Positions 14,258-26,880 of a stretch of 64,000 nt of DNA are shown here, one piece after another. The stretch spans positions 145,080,001 to 145,144,000 of the forward strand of contig NC_042999.1 of NCBI RefSeq assembly GCF_006345805.1, given 5' to 3'. The first letter of the stretch is position 1; each line of letters opens with the position of its first letter. Source of the DNA: Octopus sinensis. Its lineage: Eukaryota. The position numbers and the translations under genes are program-made. The notes under the pieces are model-generated. The model was not told where the DNA came from. It did not search any database and saw only the letters and a list, made by a program, of their open reading frames with translations.

Positions 14258-15115
14258 ACCGGTCACTCTTTACAACACCTGTCTGTGTTCAAATTGTCCT
14301 TGCACAGGGGCCGTCCAGACTCCTGTCTTCACCGTGAGCAGGGATTAATCTTCTCTCTTCGCTCTTTTGTGCCACATGGGATCAACTCTCCTCCCCTCTT
14401 CATTTAAACCTCCTCCTCTATCCTCTCTTCCTCTCCGCTTCCACCCATCTACCTCTCCTCTCTTGTTCTGGCACCTACTTCTTCTCCACTCCTACCCACT
14501 TTCTCCCTTCCACCCTCTCCCCTCATCGTTACCCCCATTCTCATTACCCCATCCCTACACATTCCAGCTCTACCATCCCTTATACATCCCATCCCACCCC
14601 CACCCCACCCCATCCGTTAGACCCTCACTCTTGCCTCCCCCATACCCTCACACCACCACACCACACCACATCGCCCCCCATACACTAGCACTGATCACTT
14701 CTCAGCACCCACACCAGCGCACACACTAGCACTGACTACTTCCCAGCACCTACACCATCATCCTACACATGCACATGTCAATGTCACCAACCCCCTTCCA
14801 CACGCACATACACGCTCTCACATATGCACGCACACCTTTGTTTTGGGATCACCACTACTTTATTATCTCCCCTTCTTCCTAGCTCTCCTGTGTGCCTCTC
14901 TGTCTGGCATTCGCAATGATAGATCGCTAGCCACTATACCTTTTCCAATTTTCTCTCCCTGTTTATTTCTGTGTTCCTTTCTGTCGAAGAGCATAGGCTC
15001 AAAACGTAAAAGGCTATTTCACTTCCTGAGTGTTAAACTAATACATCAGTTTGTTGTTTACACACCCATCTTTGTCTTTTGTTTTTTTGTAAATTTTCAC
15101 TATATATATATAAAT
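14258..15115 (+). mobile_element. 3' end of a Penelope-like element: GIY-YIG endonuclease C-terminus, pyrimidine-rich UTR, hammerhead-like motif, tail
   Basis: 14258-14407 translates TGHSLQHLSVFKLSLHRGRPDSCLHREQGLIFSLRSFVPHGINSPPLFI*, matching the PLE endonuclease end pattern (GHS...REQ.LIF.L....P.GIN). A C/T-rich tract, a hammerhead-shaped motif and (TA)n follow. Confidence 0.7.
14976..15013 (+). ncRNA. Minimal type I hammerhead ribozyme-like motif with a degenerate core
   Basis: ccttt (stem I) - ctgtcga - a - gagc atag gctc (stem II) - aaaa - c - gta - aaagg (stem I'). Stem III is only the palindrome ACGT. Deviates from the consensus core at A6 (U) and G12 (A). Confidence 0.55.
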
Positions 15116-16744
15116 AGATATAAAGGACCAAACCAATGTGTGTTATTACTGGCATAATGCCCTTCCCAAGGTTCAATAGTATATATAAATATCCTTTTTT
15201 TTTATATCCTTTTGCATATTTCAGCAGTCATTTTTCTAATGTATACTTTTTATTTTATCATTCCATTATATGTAAACCCCCACACTTTATGTCTGTCTTT
15301 GTATTGTCCCCTCATCCTTCACCCTGGTGGCAAATATAAGAAATCATTATTATTATTATTATTAGGCAAGCTGGCAGAATTGTTAGCACACTGGACAAAA
15401 TGCTTTGCAATGTTTCTTCTGGCTTTATATTCTGAGTTCAAATTTTGCCATGATTGACTTTATCTTTCATCCTTTTGGAGTCATTAAAATAAGTACTTGT
15501 TGAGCTCTGTGGTTAATGTAATCGATTAGCTCCTTCTCCCGAAATTTCGAGTCTTGTGCCTATAGTAGAAAGATTTATTATTTGTACTATGGCTGTTGAT
15601 TAGCAAAACCATTAGAGTTTTGGACAAAATGCCTTGTCTATTTAGTTAATGCTTTACTGTTCAAATATTGCTGATTTTTCTTGTCTTTCATCCTTCCTGC
15701 GTAGATAACATAAAATACCAGTCAAGTACTGGAGTTGATATGGCTAACTATTCCCTCTCTTCAATTTGTTGCTTTCTGCCTCTGTTAGAAAATTACAATT
15801 ATTATTATTATGGTGGTGAGCTGGCAGAATCATTAACATGTTGGGCAAAATGCTTAGTGATATTCTGAATGTCTTTACATTCTAAGTTCAAATTCTGCTG
15901 AGGTCAACTTTGCTTTTCATCCTTTCAGGGGTTGAGCACTGGGGTTGATGTAACCATCTTAGCCCCTCCACTTGTATTGCTGGTCTTTTGCCAAAATTTG
16001 AAATCATCATCATTATTAATAATAATAATAAATATTCCACATTAACATAAAACTGTCCTTGGATTTACTTGTACCAATTTCTGGCAATGAATTCTATTAA
16101 TACCTTCCAGTGCCAGTTTTAACTGCTATTTGTCCTCAGGAATTATGTATAGAATATTATTTTTTCTCTTTTTCAAAATATGAAGATATTACTTGCAAGT
16201 AAAAGATGTTCCTTGTCTCAACCAATCACTTAAGGAATTATGTTTGAAGAAAGTTTTACTTCTGTCCTATTCTGTTAGAATGTTTTTTTAACATTTGGTC
16301 ATTTCTAAAAGCTTCCAGGTCAGACTGACATCATACATGTGTAACCACTTACTAATAAATTAACACTAAAAATGGCACTTTTAGCCAGAAACAACCTTCA
16401 CAGTAACCAAAGATGCATATTGACGTCATTTCAGATTTGATCAATCTAAAATATTGGATTATCATTTCTATAATTTCAAGATGAGTTATTGTTAGCTTAG
16501 TATGAATTTTTCCTACTACTCACTTCATCTTTTGTAGTTCTATCTTTTACACTATATTTCAATCAGTATATTTCATATTGTCTTCAGAAGTTCTATTTTA
16601 ATTGTATGCCTACATATTCCCTACTTTGGTTTGAACACAAAAATTTCATCTATCATAAAAGGCTCTGTATTTCATTTTCAAATTCATACATGTAGAAAAT
16701 TCTCTTTTCACAAGAGTAGATTGTTTCAAAAGGCAGCTGTATAT

Positions 16745-17240
16745 TTTTCATTTCCTTAAGTGCAGTTTTGAAAGCTTTGCTGCTTTTGATATCCAAAAAG
16801 ATGAGAGACTTGTCTTGTTCTGAAATGGAGTGTTACTGTTGAAATGAAGTTTATGTAGTACCTCTGTCAATCCTTCAAGCTTTTCAGATACATCTGAAAT
16901 TTTACATTTGAAGAAATTCACACCCCAGCTGAGTTTACATGGATAAAGCTCTGGAAAGTGATTAGAGAACTTTTGTTTGAGTTTGATAAGATGCCTTGTA
17001 ACTAACTTCTTGATGTCACTAAGACTAATATCTTCACAGGCTTCTAAAAATTTTGCTAGTTTTGGAAGGGCAGCTAATTTATTTTGATCCACTTTTTGTC
17101 CAAGATCCAAATGCTGAAATATTTTCTTTTGCTAAAATGGCATTAATGTTCTTAAACTGCAATTTCTTGTTTCAATGCAATGACATACTCAAAGTTATCA
17201 CCTAAATATAAGATAAATGCAGCTGTCTTTGGCTGTTGAT
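16745..17240 (-). mobile_element. hAT (Charlie/Buster-like) transposase relic, C-terminal part
   Basis: Minus-strand translation LYLGDNF...LQFKNINAILAKENISAF, then LPKLAKFLEACEDISLSDIKKLVTRHLIKLKQKFSNHFPE...SLSSFW, resembling the Buster/ZBED5-type transposase C-terminus. Frameshifts present. Confidence 0.6.
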
Positions 17241-17289
17241 AATTTCAGATTCTTTAGTAGTTTGTTATTAATTAGTTTTAGTGTTGAAT

Positions 17290-17530
17290 TAGAAGGTATC
17301 ATTTGGTTGAATGTGAGATGTTATAGTTTCTAGGACTATGAGTGACAATGAATAGAATATTTTTGTTTTTGTCATCTTTATTGTGAGGATTTCTCCATAA
17401 GAAAGAGATTGGAATCTCTTTGGTCTTGATTATGATATGATTTACTAAACAATTTGGGTATTTTTGTTCCTGAAGGAATACATTTTGTTCCACCAGTTGT
17501 TTCTTTTTTTTGTGTGTTTGGAAGTGCTTA
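17290..17530 (-). mobile_element. Possible Penelope-like RT thumb/linker relic
   Basis: FLQEQKYPNCLVNHIIIKTKEIP...LW...KNILFIVTHSPRNYNI resembles the PLE pattern L..GYP..LI...I.KA...LL...PFV.TY.P. Short and diverged. Confidence 0.4.
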
Positions 17531-17799
17531 TGCACAATATAAAAATTTGTTTCCAAACAATTTGTCCTGTTTTTGTTTTTAAAGATTAAAAAAAATATAA
17601 TTAATGATTTTTGATTTAAGTAAATCATTCTTCAAATAGTGTGACTGTATCAAGACTGCTTTGCGGAAACTTTGTGTGTGTATATGCACATACAGGTGTG
17701 TATATGTGTGTGTTTTTATATATGTGTATGAATATATGTATGACATGTATTTCCACATATATATATAAATACATACACCTTACCATATATATATATAAT

Positions 17800-18132
17800 T
17801 GCCAGCCTCATCTGGCACCTGTGTCGGTGGCACATAAAAACACCATCCGAGCGTGGCCGTCTGCCAGCCTCGTCTGGCACCTGTGTCGGTGGCACATAAA
17901 AAACACCATCCGAGCGTGGCCGTTTGCCAGCCTCGTCTGGCACCTGTGTTGGTGGCACATAAAATCACCCACTACACTCTCGGAGTGGTTGGCGTTAGGA
18001 AGGGCATCCAGCTGTAGAAACACTGCCAGATCTGACTGGACTGGTGCAGCTTTCGGGCTCCCCAGACCCCAGTTGAACCGTCCAACCCATGCTAGCATGG
18101 AAAGCGGACGTTAAATGATGATGATGATGATG
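17800..18132 (+). mobile_element. RTE-tail short element (family C) with a tandem ~63-bp hairpin array
   Basis: Three units containing gtgtcggtggcacataaaa, then cacccactacactctcggagtggttggcgttaggaagggcatccagc...ggaaagcggacgttaaa(tga)n. This tail is shared with the RTE LINE 3' end at 9060-9257. Confidence 0.75.
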
Positions 18133-20263
18133 AATACATATACCCCACCATATATATATATATATATATATAAACATCATGATTATACACACACACACAT
18201 GCATGTGTATACAAATACCTTTAGATGTAGATATTTTTCTCCCTCCATTTCTCTATTCTTTCTCCATTCTCCTCCTCTCTATATAGAAACAAAATATTAC
18301 CAACTTTAGAAATAAATGCTTTTAGTTGTCCTGTCCTTTACAAATGTTCTAAAACCTCTGGTATACTCTCCTATGTTAGCCCTCCGTTTCCCCCTTCCAT
18401 CATCTAACAATTAGGTTATACAGTTGGTATGTGCATTCCATTAGGTTCTAATGTTACCAGCTGTCCTTGGCATCTGACATTTATAGGGACTTTATTTCTT
18501 TATTTTTAAAAGAAATAGGTCAGAAATCTCATATGTACACCCTCCCAGAATTTGTGTGTATACAGTTTTTTGTAGAGTACATGCTCTAGGAAAGATTGTA
18601 TCCTTCGCTCAAATTACTTTCTGTGAGAAACTCTTTAAATTGATTTATTTGTCTAGATTTGAAATGTTATTTTCATTTGATAATGTATTGATTAATAATT
18701 TTTACACTTTAAATTAAATAAGTTACAAAACTGAAACAAATCTAAATACAGTGAGCTAATATTTGATTGAATAAAACTTGAACTTGAGTTAAACATTTTT
18801 TTTGGAGTCTAATATTTTCACCTTCATTCTAAGCCGATTTTTATTAGAGGTGGTGCATGGCAGGATCAGTTGAGTAACAAATTGTGTTACATGACGTTTT
18901 ACATTCTGAGGTAAAATCCGCACATACTTGTAACCCATTCTGCCCCATCAGGCATCCCCCACATTTCATTCACTAGCATCCAACCCTCCATCACTCCTCT
19001 GTCTATGGCTACTTCTTGGTAGCTGTAACCACTTGGAAGTAGTATGGGCACATATTAAATCCTCTTGTCTCCTTTCCTTGCACTACCAGTTACCTCTTCC
19101 TTGCTGGAGACACTTCTGTCCCTTTTTCTCATTATCCTCCTTTCCCCATCTGCACTGTTTTCATCAGTTACCTCCTTCCTCTGTCTTCAGTTATCTCTTT
19201 CCTCTATCCTACTTTATTTAACACTTCACACATCTCAGCACCTTTTCGTATCTTCCACCACATCCCACTCTCTATAACTACCCTTGTATGCCACTACATC
19301 ATCCTCCTCACCACTCCTATACCTTGCACATTATACCCCTACTTTTTGATCTATTCTACCTGAGCCACTTCTGCCTCTTACCCAATGCGCTCTCCATACT
19401 GATATTTCTCATCTATTGTATTTTCACTCTTGTTCAGCTCTGCCCCATCTGTTACTCTCTCTTTGTCTCCTTCTGTACCCTCACTTATGCTCACCTTATA
19501 CATTGAAAGTTTGCTATGGTACTCCGTCACTACCATCTTTATCTTCTTCCCAACTGTTCAAACCCACCCCTATATAATGTGGAGTAGCCATGTGTCTCTT
19601 TTGTAGTAATACACCTCTGTCTGTCCTTCTGTCATACCTTTCAATAGCCTTTCAACACTAGGTATAAAGCCACCCCCTTCTCTCAAATACTTTTTGTCCC
19701 GCTTAGTTGCAGGAGCTGTTTCCTTTTCCTATTTCCGTATTCTTTTTCTGTCTTGCAAGTTACTTGGCAACCTCACTAGTGCTGGTAGCATGATAAAAAC
19801 ACTGAGTACTCTCTATGAAGTGGTTAGTGTTTGGGAAGACATCCAACCTTATAAATCATGCCAAAGTAGACAATGGAGTTTGGTGCAGCCCTGTGTCTCA
19901 CTGGATCCTGGCAAACCATCCAACACATGCCAACATGGAAAACAAATGTTAAATGATGATAATGTGTGTGTGTGTGTATATATAATAGGCTTTCAGTTCA
20001 GTTTCCATTAATGAAATCCATTTGCCAGGCTTGAGTCAACCCAGGGCTACAGTAAAAGATATTTTCTCAAGGTGCTATGCACTGGGACTGAACCTGGAAC
20101 CAAGTGGTTGGGAAACAAGCTGTATATTATTTAGTTTCTCTTTCTTAAATCACCAGTAATATATTCAGGTTAACTTGTTCTTTTACAAATGTTGGTCTTG
20201 TGTTTCTAATTAGTGTTTTAGTAATTTTCCATTATCTAATTGAAATATTTATTTTTCTTTCAG

Positions 20264-20389
20264 ATTGACTTGAATTATTCTCTTGAAGATCAGGGACCAT
20301 TTGATATTATAATACACAAAATTACAGATGTGTTGAGTCGAGCAGATGAGGGAAGTGAAAAGGACCAGTTGTATGCAAATAATTTCAAG
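20264..20389 (+). CDS. ITPK1: ITPK1 coding exon (126 nt) IDLNYSLEDQGPFDIIIHKITDVLSRADEGSEKDQLYANNFK
   Basis: Acceptor atttttctttcag|, donor |gtaaga. QGPFDIIIHKITD matches the ITPK1 motif QGPLDVIIHKLTD (human H58/K59). Confidence 0.95.
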
Positions 20390-23300
20390 GTAAGACGGTA
20401 GTTTTTGATAAATGCCTCTCAATGTCTATTAGAAACTGTTGTATCACACGTTTGACATATGATATAATGGGATAATAATAATGTCCTTGGAAATCGTTCT
20501 ACTCAAGATACTGGAAATAAACCTCGACAATACACAACTCCCGGTTTTACACTGCTCTGAAGGCTCTCTGTGTATGTCCATTTATATTGTGGAGCTAATC
20601 AATAGGGGTGTTCTACTTCAACACAACAGAAGCAAACATAGACTTGCTAGAGAGAATGATTTTGAGTAATTTTCTGTTTTAATGCTGGTAACAGACTGGC
20701 AGAATTAATTGAGAATTCTATTGTCTTATAATATTTAGTTTTGTATCTCTACATTATGAATTTAAATTCAAATCTAACATAATTTGTTATGGTTTTTCTT
20801 CCTCCTGCACATTGGTAAAATAAGTACCAGAAATATACTAAGGTGAATTAGTCAGCTAGCTCCATCCTCTATAAAAGTTGATTTTGTGCTAAGATGACAC
20901 AGGCATGGCAGAGACACAGGTATGGGTTGTGGTAGAGAAGCCCCCTTCCCAATCATGTAGTTTTGGGTTGAGTCCCATTGCATGGCACTGTGGGCAAGTG
21001 TCTTCTACTATAGCCCTAGGTGAGTGAATTTGGTAGACAAAAATTATAAGAAGCCAATTGTGTGTGTGTGCCTGATATTGTATTTCCCTTGTCACACATT
21101 ACTTGTAAATGTGTCTGATATTGTATTTCCCTTGTCACTCATTACTTGAAAACAGTGGCATCAGTAACAGTGTCATTTCCTCTGTAAAATCATGTCCTGA
21201 TTTCTTGACATTCTTAACAAGTATATTTCAATGTTGTTTGTCTCCAGTTTTTCACTTAAGTCAATTTTTATTGATTCTTTGTTTGTTGTTTGATAAACTG
21301 GGAAATTATAACCTTATTTTGGAATGGATGATATGTGAGGAAGGGTATCTGGCAGTAGTAAACCCTACCCCAACATACTCTGGTCTGATCCATGCAAGCC
21401 TGGAAAAGTAGATGTGAAAATGACTATGATGAAAGAATCAATCAATCAATAAATAAATATATAATCTCTCCAGTTAACATTTAAGTCCTGACTTTTCATT
21501 CTATATTAAATATCCTATGAGGTGTCCAAATTGAAAGTGCACATAGGGATGCTTATTGTGCCAAAAACTATTGCTGAGAGATTGAGGTTTGCTGACCTAT
21601 TGTTCCAACTGCTATTTGGACTTATAAGATTTTAGAGAACTCCTTTGCCTCTGCAACTGCGTCATTATAAATCCCTCTCTCCAACATGGCAAAACCAATT
21701 GCATGGATCTGAATGCTGAAATTCTGTACCCCATTACATATTCATATCTAAGAAGCAGATATCCAGACCTTTGGGTGATAGCCAAGTAATATCCAAACCT
21801 TCGGGTTTGGGGTTCTTGACTTCTACCCCAACCAAACTATATTGACATTAACATGAGTAAATCTGTTAGTTAATCTCAAATCATCCCTGATAAAAGCAGA
21901 CCTATGTTTAATGCCATCCCAGTTGTGACCATCCTGTCTTTTTTTTTCCAGCCATAGAATATGTAGGACTGCATTATATGTTCTTCATATCTTTAACGCA
22001 CTGTGCAATTGGAGAAGGATTTGGTTACTTTTTCTAACAGGGCCAATGCTAATTTCATCTCTTTTGGACAGTTCTTAAGAGTGTGTTCTCTGTTCATCAT
22101 CAAGTGTTTGTTTGTTGTATTTATGTTGATCTTTGAACTGGGACTGAACCCCTCAGAGTTTAGTTCATCCAGCTTACCAATTTACTTAGCCACATAAGTC
22201 TTGGTCTTCTGTGTTGAATATACATTTTCCCACATTCCTCATAGTGGGAAACTTAATCTTTGTATGTACACAGGATTTCTGTTTTCACCCTGCAGTTTTT
22301 GTAATTTCTGTTTTATTTCTTATGTTGTATGATCCTAATCTTTAGGGGTCATCCTGTGTAATCTGAAATGTTTTCAGTTATTTCAAAAGACAAAACAAAA
22401 ATATACAAAATATAAAAACTTGTTACAAGGAGTAACCTCTGAAAAACTATCTTTAGTCAATCAGCAAAATATGTCCAGATTTGTATAGAAGTAAGTTATT
22501 TTTTTTTAGATGACCTGTAAAACCAGTCTAGCTGCTGTCTCTCATGGTGGTAAATAGGTTTTTATGTCTAATAATTGACACATGATTTCACACTAAAGAC
22601 AGTACACTGTGCTTTGAGCAGCAATCATTAGAAAAGAAAAAAAAATTGATGCCAGTATTTTATATTGTTACTGCTTCTAATGTGTCACTGATGTTATGTG
22701 TCACCAAGTCAGACACCAAACAAATTAAGCAGATTTATAATTAAGAGTTCCAACCATGACAAATTTTAAAACCTTATTAACTCAGTGAGGGAGTATCTAT
22801 ACATTTAATCAGCTTGTTAGTAATGGCAGCAAAACCATTGTATTTTCATGTTGACATCACTCATGATTGGTTTTAAATTGAAAGTTAATCCTTTGATGAT
22901 TGCTTAAATTTATCAGTGGATTATTTATTGAAAATTTTTTTTGTGCATATGTTACTGCTGTGTTAATGAATATAAGCAGAAAAGGCTATGGTGAAGAAGA
23001 TACTAACATTTCAAATGGGTTTGTAACGGTTTGCCTTTTTGTATATTCAGGTTTCTGTTCTTACCCCTATCCTCTTTTTTTTTTTTTTGAAGGCTGTGAA
23101 GTGTGAATTGAGGAAGGTTTGGTTGCTTATTGTAAGATGAGCAACAATGGAGAGGTTTCCTTGTTGATTTGTCATTGTCATGTTAGTTAAATTCACTGTA
23201 TACTAGTGAATATGGCTGATAGTTTCTCCATTAGTATCAATTACATTACCATGCTATCTATGTGTGTTGTGTTTTTTTTTTATTTAACGTCCGCTTTCCA

Positions 23301-24251
23301 TGCTAGCATGTGGTCAGATTACCTATTTGGTGGCTTATGTGCTAATAATGACAGTGTGTTGTGTTTATGACTAAGTCTAGCTCTAAGTAGGTACAACAGA
23401 GTAGTACTGTAAGCAGTGACATCAGCACTATGTCCATCAACTTGCTCTACTGTGTTCATTTCATCTTTGCACAAAAGCTACTTCACTGTCTTATTTAAGG
23501 TTAAATTTATTGTGAATCCACTTAGTGTTACAGAAACAGGACTCATGAGACAATCTTACAGATCATTGAACTTTGGAAAACTTTAGTTTCTTTTTCCTCT
23601 CTATTACTGGAATTGGCTGTGAGGTTCTTATCCTTTCCCCACTTCCCCCCTGCATTCATTAAATTGCCACCCTTAGTCCCATTATTTGCTACCAAGCCTC
23701 AGAGATAAAATTTTCATTTATTATTTAAATGCTAAAAGGACTTCTAAATCATCTTGTAAACATACACACACACATTCATGCATACATGGCTGTGTGATAG
23801 AGAAGTTCACTTCACAACCATGTGGTTTTAGAGTTGGTCCCACTGTATGACATCTTTGGCAAATGTCTTCTGCTGTAGCTTCAGATCAACCAATGCTGAA
23901 ACTGTATTGAAACCTGTTAGATATATGTGGGTGAATGTGTTTGACTGCATGCATGTGTTTGTGTGTAATATCTATGTATGTTTGAAGTGACACCTTTCAA
24001 CTAGCAGCAATGATATTTATGTTCCTCAAAAATGTCCAACAACTTCACAATTTGTTTGAAGTTTTGAAATAAAATATCTCGAAAAACCAGTAAAAAAGGT
24101 TGGCATTAAGAAGGGCATCCAGCAGTAGAGTTGTGCCTCTACAAGCATTACCTAATCCATACCAGCATAGAAATAAAGTAAACACAAAAATAATGATGGT
24201 ATATGTCCTCACAAACACACACAAAATTTCCTTTATATATATATATGTGTA

Positions 24252-24632
24252 GGTATGGCTGTATGGTAAGAAGTTTACTTCCTGCCCACATGGTCCCAGG
24301 TTCAGTCCCACTGCATGGCACCTTGGGCAAGTGTCTTCTACTATAGCTGACCAAAGCCTTGTGAGTGAATATGGTAGACGGAAACTGAAAGAAGCCTGTC
24401 ATATATATGCACATATATATGTGTGTGTGTCTTAGTGTTTGTCCCCCACCACCACTTGACAACTGGTGCTGGTGTATTTACATCCCTGTAACTTAGTGGT
24501 TTGGCAAAAGAGACCCATAGAATATGTACCAGGCTTATAAAAAGTAGGTCCTGGGATTGATACATTCAGTTGAAAATTCTTCAAGACAGTGCCCCAGCAT
24601 GGCCACAGTCTAATGACTGAAACAAGTAAAAG
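24252..24632 (+). mobile_element. tRNA/CORE-like SINE, family B long form
   Basis: ggctgtatggtaagaag...ggttcagtcccactg..ggcaccttgggcaagtgtcttctactatag...gactgaaacaagtaaaagataaa. Long copies also at 25925-26312 (-), 38768-39122 (-) and 62228-62610 (+); short copies near 2130, 19985 (-), 20905, 23785, 39375 and 58066. Confidence 0.75.
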
Positions 24633-24654
24633 ATAAAAAATGTGTGTGTATGTG

Positions 24655-25020
24655 TGGCACGTAAAAAACACCATCCGTTCGTGGCCGTTGCCAGTCTCGC
24701 CTGGTCCCCGTGCCGGTGGCACGTAAAAAGCACCATCCGATTGTGGCTGTTGCCAGACTCGCCTGGCCCCTGTGCCGGTGGCACGTAAAAAGCACCATCT
24801 GTCTGTTGTCGTTTGCCAGCTCTGTCTGGCACCTGTGCGGGTGGCACGTAAAAAGCACCCACTACACTCACGGAGTGGTTGGCGTTAGGAAGGGCATCCA
24901 GCTGTAGAAACACTGCCAGATCAGACTGGGCCTGATGCAGCCTTCTGGCTTCACAGACCCCAGTTGAACCATCCAACCCATGCTAGCATGGAAAGCGGAT
25001 GCTAAACGATGATGATGATG
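24655..25020 (+). mobile_element. RTE-tail short element (family C), four hairpin heads
   Basis: Repeated gtgccggtggcacgtaaaaagcacc at ~62-bp period, then the conserved tail and (gat)n. Confidence 0.75.
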
Positions 25021-25039
25021 ATATATATATATATATATA

Positions 25040-25144
25040 AAGTTAATCCAAACAAGAAAACAAAAAGACAACAACGCGAGGATGTGGAACAAATAAAGTA
25101 TTATTGGACGCTCAGGAAAGAAGGGAAGAAGGGTATTTTTACGT
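25040..25144 (-). mobile_element. Short tail fragment related to the Penelope-like element 3' end
   Basis: Minus strand acgtaaaaa...ttcctgagcgtccaataatac...tgtctttttgttttcttgt...(TA)n parallels 15004-15115 (acgtaaaa...ttcctgagtgttaaactaatac...tgtcttttgtttttttgt...(TA)n). Confidence 0.5.
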
Positions 25145-26679
25145 GCATGTGTGTTTGTGTGGCTTGTATAAAGTGGTAATTTTAAACAGTGGTACAATCT
25201 TATTGTGTTCTTTGTTTAGTTTCTTTTCTGTCAGTTTGATATTTGTTTAATATTTGTGCATAGTTGTTAAAATTGTTGTTGTTAATCTGAATGTGAAAGA
25301 AGCACATTGGTCAACTGGAAATGTCAACAGCAAGAACAACAAACAGTCTACATATTCTTATCAGGCTTGAAGCCATAAGTTTCATTTTCTTCATTATCAT
25401 TAGTACTTACATATTAATATCCTGTCAGGTTGGGCTTATCCTCACTTAGATGACTTCTTATCACACTAGAGTCTTCATCCTGTCATCGCTGGCTTCATTA
25501 TTATTGTTGTTGTTATCATTGTTATTTCAGTCTTTTTCATCTTCTTCCTCCTCCTCACTATCATCGTTGTTAACTGACATCATTGTATTAAGTCCAGTTG
25601 TCATTGGCATACCATCATCGTTATAGCATCATTATCACACTCGTCAGCTGAAGCTTCTTTATTGCTAATATCTACATCCGTGTACCACCCTATCCCTCCC
25701 ACCTTATCATCATTACCACTACATTAAGAATATCAGTAGATGCACTCACATGCCATGTCTTGAATACCTTTGACCATATATCTGCTCGACCTTGGCTGAC
25801 TTGGCATTACACTACAACAACAATCCACAAGAGGAGTCAAACTCATCATTGCAAGTGAACAAAGTGAAACACTCATTAATTTTACACTAGTTTCACTGCT
25901 TATATTATACTCTTTACTCTTTATACTCTTTTACTTGTTTCAGTCATTTGACTGTGGCCATGCTGGAACACCGCCTTTAGTCGAGCAAATCGACTCCAGG
26001 ACTTATTCTTTGTAAGCTTAGTACTTATTCTATCGGTCTCTTTTGCCGAACCACTAAGTTACAGGGACGTAAACACACCAGCATCGGTTGTCAAGCGCTG
26101 TTGGGGGAACAAACACAGACACACAAACATACACACACACACATTTATACATATATACGACGGGCTTCTTTCAGTTTCCGTCTACCAAATCCACTCACAA
26201 GGCTTTGGTCAGCCTGAGGCTATAATAGAAGACACTTGCTCAAGGTGCCATGCAGTGGGACTGAACCCAGAACCATGTGGTTCGTAAGCAAGCTACTTAC
26301 CACAGCCACTCCTACGTCTATTATAGAAGATAATAACCTATGAAATTTAAAAAGTATTATAATGAATACAATGTTTCTTTAATATTACTTCCACTCATAA
26401 GGTGGAGAGCAGTATCATTAGCACACCTGGCAAAATGCTTAATGGCATTTCATCCATCTTTATGTTCTGGGTTCAAATGCCACTGGAGTTGACTTTGCCT
26501 TTCATCCTTTTGGGGTCAATAAAATAAGTTTGAGTTGACTGGGGTCAATTTAATTGACTTGGCTCTCCTCCCTTGAAATTGCTGACCTTGTTTCAAAATT
26601 TGAAACTAATATTACTTCCACTCATAAGGGCCTAATACTCCTTTTTAAATCAATTTGCTAAAGGAGAAATGCAGGAACT

Positions 26680-26880
26680 TATTGAAGTAGTTGTTGTGAA
26701 TAGCTGTTGTTGAGTTGCGGCTTGAACTTCTGTGGGTTGACATCTATTGGAAAGATGTGTGCAGAATGGGAATTCCAAATGGATGCAGAATTTAGATAGC
26801 TCCTGAGGAAACAACCATTAACACCCACTTTGTAACTGCTGTCTTGACCCTTTGACACCTCCTGGTTCTATTATACAAAC
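26680..26880 (-). mobile_element. Possible LINE (CR1/L2/Jockey-type) ORF2 3' end relic
   Basis: Minus-strand translation SASIWNSHSAHIFPIDVNPQKFKPQLN resembles the common LINE C-terminal motif LWNSLP..VFP...NLQ.FK..VN. Confidence 0.35.

Noticed and set aside
14250-15050. TGTA...TACA-bounded segment as a solo LTR
   Set aside because: No target-site duplication, and the content (GIY-YIG C-terminus and hammerhead-like motif) fits a Penelope-like element better.
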